From the NCBI GenBank assembly GCA_904063045.1, contig CAJFCJ010000007.1, positions 3,417,404-3,481,403 on the forward strand: a DNA stretch of 64,000 bases, given 5' to 3'. The first letter of the stretch is position 1. Every line of letters begins with the position of its first letter. The notes below the pieces were generated by a model. That model made no database searches, was not told the DNA's origin, and worked only from the letters and a program-made list of their open reading frames with translations. The stretch is from Dimorphilus gyrociliatus. Lineage: Eukaryota > Animalia > Annelida. Below are positions 54,601 through 64,000 of this stretch, one piece after another. The position numbers were made by a program, and so were the translations under genes.

Positions 54601-57600
54601 TCCATTCCAAGAGACAATGGACAATCCTGCTGTAATTGGTCAAGGCCAAATCAAGACTAGCCCATCTGAAGAAGGTTCAAATGATAAGGTTCGTTTGGAC
54701 AAGGAAGGATGGACACCAAAGGTTCCAACCAGCTCAACTGAAGAAAAACCATATGTTGATATTGACCTCGATGTTGGTGATGACAGTAATGAACCATATG
54801 TTGAAAAGGTCATTATTAAGGGCAATACTCAGATAGTATCAGTATACAAAAAGAATGTCAATGATGATGATTGGACTGGAATTGTTGAAGATGTTGAAGT
54901 TAAGGAAAATGGAGAAGTTGTCTTCCCCACAGTTGTAAAGGCCGATTCTATAAGAATTGTACTTGTTAAACCTGAAGATAATGAGGATGGTTCTCCAGTA
55001 ACTAACTACAGAGTTAATGTTGGAGTACATGCTTGTATCACACCAACTAGTAAGTAGTCAATTGTGCTCAAAATTTTCTTTTCATTTGTTAAAGAACAAA
55101 CATTTAATTTTTAAATTTTTTTCAGTGACTACAACAACATCAGCTCCAACAACAACTATGACTACAACTACACCTGTAGCTACAACAACAACAGAAGCTA
55201 CTACAACAGCAGCTCCTACAACAACAACTACTACAACAGCTGCTCCAACAACTACAGCTGGTACAACAACAGAAGCTACAACAACAACAACAATGAAACC
55301 AACTGAAAGTACAACTTTGAGTACAACAACTACTACTAGCACAACAACAACAACAACTGCTATGGTAACAACTACCACAACTCCAGCAGAAACAACAACA
55401 GTCAAGATCTGTAACTTTGAAGAAGGTATGGATGAACACAATTTATCCCAGCTGGACAACTTGAATCAAGCCCAGATACCACTGACAAAGAAAACAACCC
55501 ATTGACAAACTTGAGACCAAAGAGTGGAAAGGCTTTCGTATTGCCTGTTCCAAAGAAGGACTCTGATGAAAAGAAACCATTTGTCACAGTTGACTTGACA
55601 CCAACTGATGATACTGCTGCTCCATTTGTTGAGAAGGTACGCTTCCCAGAATCAAACATTGGAAAGGTTACAATCAAGAGATTGGTACCAGCCAGTGAAA
55701 AGAATGCTGGACAATATGAAACTGTTGCTGATAATGAAACACCAACTGGTGATGATAATACAATCAAATTCACAACACCAGTCCGCATGGATAAGATCCA
55801 AATCATTTTGGAAGAACCACAAAATGATGATGATACTGAATACAAACTTCATGTTGCTATACATGCCTGCTTCAAGGTTAAAGTAACAACAACAACTCAA
55901 CCACCAACAACAACAACTACAACAGCTGCACCAACAACAACTACTGAAGCTACAACAACAACAGCTGCACCAACTACAACAACAACTACAACAGCAGCAC
56001 CAACAACAACTATGACCACAACAGCTGCACCAACAACAACTACTGAAGCTACAACTACAATTACTGTTCCATCAACAACTACAGTTACTACAACAACAAC
56101 TACAACACCAGCACCAACCACAACTGAAGCTACAACAACAGCACCAACTACAACATCAACAACAGCAGCTCCAACCACAACAAAAACTACTACTACTACC
56201 ACAGCAGCACCAACAACAACTACTGTTCAATCTACAACAACAATGTCAGTTAAACCAACTGAGGGTACAACAACAACACCTGCCATTGTTACAACAACAA
56301 CAACTGCTGAAACAACAACAACTAAGGTCTGTCCATTCAAAGAGACAATGAAAGATTCAACAATCATTCCAAAGAAACTTATTAAGACAACTCCTGAAGA
56401 TGGAGAAGATTCAAATGATAAGGTTCGTTTGGGTAAGGAAGGCTGGATTACAAATGTTCCAACATCCAGTGATCAACCTAAACAACTGTTGAAATTAAAT
56501 TGAATCGCCAAGATGATCCTGAAGATCCCTATGTTGAAAAGTTATTGTTAAGGAAATGCTGGCAAGGTATCTATATACAAGAAAACAAGAACAGATGATG
56601 ATTACACACCAATCCAAACTAATGTTGATGTACCAAAAGAAGTGAGACATTGTCTTCCCCAAGGTTCAAAAGATCAACACTATCAAGATTGTATTGGAAG
56701 AACCTACATTGAATGAAGATGGAACCCCAGCAAAAAATACAAGGTCAACATTGGAATCAGTGCTTGTATCTCATACACTGGTAAGTATTAATATTAATTG
56801 TTTTCCAACATTTTCTAATCTAATCAACTTATTTACACTTATAGTTACAACAACAACAACCACACCAACTCCAACAACAACAACAGAAGCAACTACAACT
56901 ATGCACCAACAACAACAGAAACAACAACAACAACAGCTGCTACAACCACAACTGCTAGAACAACAACTACAACTTCTGCAACAACTACAACAACTGCTAT
57001 GTAACAACTACCACAACTCCAGCAGAAACAACAACAGTCAAGATCTGTAACTTTGAAGAAGTATGGATGAACCACAATTTATCCCAGCTGGACAACTTGA
57101 ATCAAGCCCAGAAACCACTGACAAAGAAAACAACCCATTGACAAACTTGAGACCAAAGAGCGAAAGGCTTTCGTATTGCCTGTTCCAAAGAAGGACTCAG
57201 ATGAAAAGAAACCATTTGTCACAGTTGACTTGACACCAACTGATGATACTGCTGCTCCATTTGTTGAGAAGGTACGCTTCCCAGAATCAAACATTGGAAA
57301 GGTTACAATCAAGAGATTGGTACCAGCCAGTGAAAAGAATGCTGGACAATACGAAACTGTTGTACAAGCCAAAAACTTGATGATGATAATACAATCAAAT
57401 TCACAACACCAGTCCGCATGGATAAGATCCAAATCATTTTGAGAACCACAAAATGATGATGATACTGAATACAAACTTCATGTTGCTATACATGCTTGCT
57501 TCAAGGTTAAAATAACAACAACAACTCAACCACCAACAACAACAACTACAACAGCTGCACCAACTACAACTACTGAAGCTACACACACAACAGCAGCACC

Positions 57601-60600
57601 AACAACAACCACTACTCTTCCATCAACTACAACAGTTGTTGTTACACTCCATCTACAACTATGCAATCAACAAACAACAGCTACAACAGCAGCACCAACA
57701 ACAACAACTGAAGCTACAACAACAACAGCTGCACCAACTACAACAACAACTANNNNNNNNNNNNNNNNNNNNNNNNNNNNNNNNNNNNNNNNNNNNNNNN
57801 NNNNNNNNNNNNNNNNNNNNNNNNNNNNNNNNNNNNNNNNNNNNNNNNNNNNNNNNNNNNNNNNNNNNNNNNNNNNNNNNNNNNNNNNNNNNNNNNNNNN
57901 NNNNNNNNNNNNNNNNNNNNNNNNNNNNNNNNNNNNNNNNNNNNNNNNNNNNNNNNNNNNNNNNNNNNNNNNNNNNNNNNNNNNNNNNNNNNNNNNNNNN
58001 NNNNNNNNNNNNNNNNNNNNNNNNNNNNNNNNNNNNNNNNNNNNNNNNNNNNNNNNNNNNNNNNNNNNNNNNNNNNNNNNNNNNNNNNNNNNNNNNNNNN
58101 NNNNNNNNNNNNNNNNNNNNNNNNNNNNNNNNNNNNNNNNNNNNNNNNNNNNNNNNNNNNNNNNNNNNNNNNNNNNNNNNNNNNNNNNNNNNNNNNNNNN
58201 NNNNNNNNNNNNNNNNNNNNNNNNNNNNNNNNNNNNNNNNNNNNNNNNNNNNNNNNNNNNNNNNNNNNNNNNNNNNNNNNNNNNNNNNNNNNNNNNNNNN
58301 NNNNNNNNNNNNNNNNNNNNNNNNNNNNNNNNNNNNNNNNNNNNNNNNNNNNNNNNNNNNNNNNNNNNNNNNNNNNNNNTAAAGAACAAACATTTAATTT
58401 TTAAATTTTTTCAGTGACTACAACAACATCAGCTCCAACAACAACTATGACTACAACTACACCTGTAGCTACAACAACAACAAAGCTACTACAACAGCAG
58501 CTCCTACAACAACAACTACTACAACAGCTGCTCCAACAACTACAGCTTACAACAACAGAAGCTACAACAACAACAACAATGAAACCAACTGAAAGTACAA
58601 CTTGAGTACAACAACTACTACTAGCACAACAACAACAACAACTGCTATGGTAACAACTACCACAACTCCAGCAAAACAACAACAGTCAAGATCTGTAACT
58701 TTGAAGAAGTATGGATGAACCACAATTTATCCCAGCTGACAACTTGAATCAAGCCCAGATACCACTGACAAAGAAAACAACCCATTGACAAACTTGAGAC
58801 CAAAGAGTGGAAAGCTTTCGTATTGCCTTTCCAAAGAAGACTCTGATGAAAAGAAACCATTTGTCACAGTGTCACAGTTGACTTGACACCAACTGATGAT
58901 ACTGCTGCTCATTTGTTGAGAAGGTACGCTTCCCAGAATCAAACATTGGAAAGGTTACAATCAAGAGATTGGTACCAGCCAGTGAAAAGAATGCTGGACA
59001 ATATGAAACTGTTGCTGATAATGAAACACCACCAACTGGTGATGATAATACAATCAAATTCACAAACACCAGTCCGCATGGATAAGATCCAAATCATTTG
59101 GAAAACCACAAAATGATGATGATCTGAATACAAACTTCATGTTGCTATACATGCCTGCCTTCAAGGTTAAAGTAACAACAACAACTCAACCACCAACAAC
59201 AACAACTACAACAGCTGCACCAACAACAACTACTGAAGCTACAACAACAACAGCTGCACCAACTACAACAACAACTACAACAGCAGCACCAACAACAACT
59301 ATGACCACAACAGCTGCACCAACAACAACTACTGAAGCTACAACTACAATTACTGTCCATCAACAACTACAGTTACTACAACAACAACTACAACACCAGC
59401 ACCAACCACAACTGAAGCTACAACAACAGCACCAACTACAACATCAACAACAGCAGCTCAACCACAACAAAAACTACTACTACTACCACAGCAGCACCAA
59501 CAACAACTACTGTTCATCTACAACAACAATGTCAGTTAAACCAACTGAGGGTACAACAACAACACCTGCCATTGTTACAACAACAACAACTGCTGAAACA
59601 ACAACAACTAGGTCTGTCCATTCAAAGAGACAATGAAAGATTCAACAATCATTCCAAAGAAACTTATTAAGACAACTCCTGAAGATGGAGAAGATTCAAT
59701 GATAAGGTTCGTTTGGGTAAGGAAGGCTGGATTACAAATGTTCCAACATCCAGTGATCAACCTAAACCAACTGTTGAAATTAAATTGAATCGCCAAGATG
59801 ATCCTGAAGATCCCTATGTTGAAAAGGTTATTGTTAAGGAAATGCTGGCAAGGTATCTATATACAGAAAACAAGAACAGATGATGATTACACACCAATCC
59901 AAACTAATGTTGATGTACCAAAAGAAGGTGGAGACATTGTCTTCCCCAAGTTCAAAAGATCAACACTATCAAGATTGTATTGGAAGAACCTACATTGAAT
60001 GAAGATGAACCCCAGCAAAGAAATACAAGGTCAACATTGGAATCAGTGCTTGTATCTCATACACTGGTAAGTATTAATATTAATTGTTTTTCCAACATTT
60101 TCTAATCTAATCAACTTATTTACACTTATAGTTACAACAACAAACCACACCAACTCCAACAACAACAACAGAACAACTACAACTATGGCACCAACAACAA
60201 CAGAAACAACAACAACAACAGCTGCTACAACCACAACTGCTAGAACAACAACTACAACTTCTGCAACAACTACAACAACTGCTATGGTAACAACTACCAC
60301 AACTCCAGCAGAAACAACAACAGTCAAGATCTGTAACTTTGAAGAAGGTATGGATGAACCACAATTTATCCCAGCTGGACAACTTGAATCAAGCCCAGAA
60401 ACCACTGACAAAGAAAACAACCCATTGACAAACTTGAGACCAAAGAGCGGAAAGGCTTTCGTATTGCCTGTTCCAAAGAAGGACTCAGATGAAAAGAAAC
60501 CATTTGTCACAGTTGACTTGACACCAACTGATGATACTGCTGCTCCATTTGTTGAGAAGGTACGCTTCCCAGAATCAAACATTGGAAAGGTTACAATCAA

Positions 60601-63600
60601 GAGATTGGTACCAGCCAGTGAAAAGAATGCTGGACAATACGAAACTGTTGTTACAAGCCAAAAACTTGATGATGATAATACAATCAAATTCACAACACCA
60701 GTCCGCATGGATAAGATCCAAATCATTTTGGAAGAACCACAAAATGATGATGATACTGAATACAAACTTCATGTTGCTATACATGCTTGCTTCAAGGTTA
60801 AAATAACAACAACAACTCAACCACCAACAACAACAACTACAACAGCTGCACCAACTACAACTACTGAAGCTACAACAACAACAGCAGCACCAACAACAAC
60901 CACTACTCTTCCATCAACTACAACAGTTGTTGTTACAACTCCATCTACAACTATGCAATCAACAACAACAGCTACAACAGCAGCACCAACAACAACAACT
61001 GAAGCTACAACAACAACAGCTGCACCAACTACAACAACAACTACAACAGCAGCACCAACAACAACAACCACTCTTGTATCTACAACAACAATGTCAGTTA
61101 AACCAACTGAAGGTACAACAACAACACCTGCCGTTATTGAAACAACCACAACTACTGCAGGAACAACAACCAAAATCTGTCCATTCCAAGAGACAATGGA
61201 CAATCCTGCTGTAATTGGTCAAGGCCAAATCAAGACTAGCCCATCTGAAGAAGGTTCAAATGATAAGGTTCGTTTGGACAAGGAAGGATGGACACCAAAG
61301 GTTCCAACCAGCTCAACTGAAGAAAAACCATATGTTGATATTGACCTCGATGTTGGTGATGACAGTAATGAACCATATGTGAAAAGGTCATTATTAAGGG
61401 CAATACTCAGATAGTATCAGTATACAAAAAGAATGTCAATGATGATGATTGGACTGGAATTGTTGAAGATGTTGAAGTTAAGGAAAATGGAGAAGTTGTC
61501 TTCCCCACAGTTGTAAAGGCCGATTCTATAAGAATTGTACTTGTTAAACCTGAAGATAATGAGGATGGTTCTCCAGTAACTAACTACAGAGTTAATGTTG
61601 GAGTACATGCTTGTATCACACCAACTAGTAAGTAGTCAATTGTGCTCAAAATTTTCTTTTCATTTGTTAAAGAACAAACATTTAATTTTTAAATTTTTTT
61701 CAGTGACTACAACAACATCAGCTCCAACAACAACTATGACTACAACTACACCTGTAGCTACAACAACAACAGAAGCTACTACAACAGCAGCTCCTACAAC
61801 AACAACTACTACAACAGCTGCTCCAACAACTACAGCTGGTACAACAACAGAAGCTACAACAACAACAACAATGAAACCAACTGAAAGTACAACTTGAGTA
61901 CAACAACTACTACTAGCACAACAACAACAACAACTGCTATGGTAACAACTACCACAACTCCAGCAGAAACAACAACAGTCAAGATCTGTAACTTTGAAGA
62001 AGGTATGGATGAACCACAATTTATCCCAGCTGGACAACTTGAATCAAGCCCAGATACCACTGACAAAGAAAACAACCCATTGACAAACTTGAGACCAAAG
62101 AGTGGAAAGGCTTTCGTATTGCCTGTTCCAAAGAAGGACTCTGATGAAAAGAAACCATTTGTCACAGTTGACTTGACACCAACTGATGATACTGCTGCTC
62201 CATTTGTTGAGAAGGTACGCTTCCCAGAATCAAACATTGGAAAGGTTACAATCAAGAGATTGGTACCAGCCAGTGAAAAGAATGCTGGACAATATGAAAC
62301 TGTTGCTGATAATGAAACACCAACTGGTGATGATAATACAATCAAATTCACAACACCAGTCCGCATGGATAAGATCCAAATCATTTTGGAAGAACCACAA
62401 AATGATGATGATACTGAATACAAACTTCATGTTGCTATACATGCCTGCTTCAAGGTTAAAGTAACAACAACAACTCAACCACCAACAACAACAACTACAA
62501 CAGCTGCACCAACAACAACTACTGAAGCTACAACAACAACAGCTGCACCAACTACAACAACAACTACAACAGCAGCACCAACAACAACTATGACCACAAC
62601 AGCTGCACCAACAACAACTACTGAAGCTACAACTACAATTACTGTTCCATCAACAACTACAGTTACTACAACAACAACTACAACACCAGCACCAACCACA
62701 ACTGAAGCTACAACAACAGCACCAACTACAACATCAACAACAGCAGCTCCAACCACAACAAAAACTACTACTACTACCACAGCAGCACCAACAACAACTA
62801 CTGTTCAATCTACAACAACAATGTCAGTTAAACCAACTGAGGGTACAACAACAACACCTGCCATTGTTACAACAACAACAACTGCTGAAACAACAACAAC
62901 TAAGGTCTGTCCATTCAAAGAGACAATGAAAGATTCAACAATCATTCCAAAGAAACTTATTAAGACAACTCCTGAAGATGGAGAAGATTCAAATGATAAG
63001 GTTCGTTTGGGTAAGGAAGGCTGGATTACAAATGTTCCAACATCCAGTGATCAACCTAAACCAACTGTTGAAATTAAATTGAATCGCCAAGATGATCCTG
63101 AAGATCCCTATGTTGAAAAGGTTATTGTTAAGGGAAATGCTGGCAAGGTATCTATATACAAGAAAACAAGAACAGATGATGATTACACACCAATCCAAAC
63201 TAATGTTGATGTACCAAAAGAAGGTGGAGACATTGTCTTCCCCAAGGTTCAAAAGATCAACACTATCAAGATTGTATTGGAAGAACCTACATTGAATGAA
63301 GATGGAACCCCAGCAAAGAAATACAAGGTCAACATTGGAATCAGTGCTTGTATCTCATACACTGGTAAGTATTAATATTAATTGTTTTCCAACATTTTCT
63401 AATCTAATCAACTTATTTACACTTATAGTTACAACAACAACAACCACACCAACTCCAACAACAACAACAGAAGCAACTACAACTATGGCACCAACAACAA
63501 CAGAAACAACAACAACAACAGCTGCTACAACCACAACTGCTAGAACAACAACTACAACTTCTGCAACAACTACAACAACTGCTATGGTAACAACTACCAC

Positions 63601-64000
63601 AACTCCAGCAGAAACAACAACAGTCAAGATCTGTAACTTTGAAGAAGGTATGGATGAACCACAATTTATCCCAGCTGGACAACTTGAATCAAGCCCAGAA
63701 ACCACTGACAAAGAAAACAACCCATTGACAAACTTGAGACCAAAGAGCGGAAAGGCTTTCGTATTGCCTGTTCCAAAGAAGACTCAGATGAAAAGAAACC
63801 ATTTGTCACAGTTGACTTGACACCAACTGATGATACTGCTGCTCCATTTGTTGAGAAGGTACGCTTCCCAGAATCAAACATTGGAAAGGTTACAATCAAG
63901 AGATTGGTACCAGCCAGTGAAAAGAATGCTGGACAATACGAAACTGTTGTTACAAGCCAAAAACTTGATGATGATAATACAATCAAATTCACAACACCAG
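33936..64000 (+). CDS. Giant secreted gel-forming mucin-like protein (SCO-spondin/hemolectin/otogelin-type D1-D2-D3 head plus PTS/discoidin repeats), 3' end outside the window
   Basis: Signal peptide MMGPWPLQCLILLLVTIPAALT; EMI-like end (RCCVGWTGDDC) plus 5 EGF repeats; VWD1 (WGTKHFITFD...CGLCGNFNG), VWD2 (SGDPHYKTFDG...MGLCGNFNG), VWD3 (YGDPHYITFDG...CGMCGNFDG), each with C8 and TIL; TIL/VWC modules; LDLa motifs; Thr-rich tracts; repeated Cys-bracketed beta domains. GT-AG introns keep the frame through about 52.9 kb. Confidence 0.9.
35331..39215 (+). other. D1-D2-D'-D3 region: three VWD-C8-TIL assemblies
   Basis: Cysteine spacing and the TFDG, CGLCGN and WR..C motifs typical of vWF/mucin D assemblies. 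Confidence 0.9.
40224..42323 (+). other. Four non-identical discoidin-like domains (40224-40658, 40776-41216, 41358-41768, 41940-42323) separated by Thr-rich linkers
   Basis: Each starts with Cys and ends in AC(F/Y), about 130-150 aa. The first two show C..EGM..P..IP..RI.S...W...PW.I.L...KW...K.F...A..I.I, the F5/8C pattern. The last two are more divergent. Confidence 0.6.
42830..42946 (+). other. LDL-receptor class A module (a second LDLa-like motif lies near 44965-45050)
   Basis: CPTGAKACDNCSKCFTPDLVCDRRNDCNDMSDEKDC; the second reads LRCDGKCDC...SDESEELC. Confidence 0.75.
45986..47011 (+). other. Two further discoidin (F5/8C)-like domains, the first close to consensus
   Basis: FQIFYSNDGTDWVPYKE...PKVF at about 46210-46340 matches the F5/8C signature Y.V.YS.DG..W..Y...KVF. 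Confidence 0.75.
47840..64000 (+). repeat. 3,302-bp intragenic higher-order tandem repeat (exon A 1,662 + intron 64 + exon B 1,500 + intron 76), about 4.9 copies in the window
   Basis: Exon A starts at 48526, 51828, 55126, 58415 and 61704. Exon B starts at 50252, 53553, 56845, 60132 and 63429. Both introns are sequence-identical between intact copies. Confidence 0.95.
57753..58379. other. Assembly gap (627 N) inside the repeat array
   Basis: Run of n. It sits where the second domain of the third exon-B copy is expected. Confidence 0.99.

Noticed and set aside
57636-58393. Long ORFs spanning the N run
   Set aside because: Artefact of translating N.
52960-61900. Frameshifts as programmed frameshifting or pseudogenisation
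   Set aside because: They are scattered one-base homopolymer indels that differ between otherwise identical copies and cluster near the gap. Sequencing error is more parsimonious.
39159-63992. Many minus-strand poly-Val/poly-Cys ORFs and plus-strand poly-Gln ORFs over the mucin
   Set aside because: These are shadow frames of (ACA/ACT)n Thr codons, which lack stops in other frames. There is no independent evidence of coding.

Overview
AT-rich, very gene-dense animal DNA with mostly 50-80 bp GT-AG introns. The compaction and gene set suggest a miniaturised invertebrate genome such as the meiofaunal annelid Dimorphilus; that assignment is inference only. The left half (1-33 kb) holds a first exon of a gene running off the left edge and eleven conserved genes: CK2-alpha, CCDC113, EI24, NSFL1C/p47, an SDR16C-type dehydrogenase, RBBP6, an SLC22 transporter, an EcR/NR1H nuclear receptor, HAUS8, a WRN-type RecQ helicase without exonuclease, cytochrome c and SNF8. 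The right half (33.9-64 kb, still open at the edge) is one giant secreted protein of roughly 9,000+ aa so far. Its order is signal peptide, EMI/EGF, three VWD-C8-TIL assemblies, TIL/VWC/LDLa modules, then Thr-rich mucin stretches alternating with about 26 compact Cys-bracketed discoidin (F5/8C)-like domains. From about 47.8 kb these domains sit in a near-perfect 3,302-bp higher-order tandem array of two phase-1/phase-1 exons (1,662 and 1,500 bp) with identical introns. A 627-bp N gap and homopolymer indels in later copies look like assembly error. No tRNA, rRNA, CRISPR array or recognisable transposon was found.
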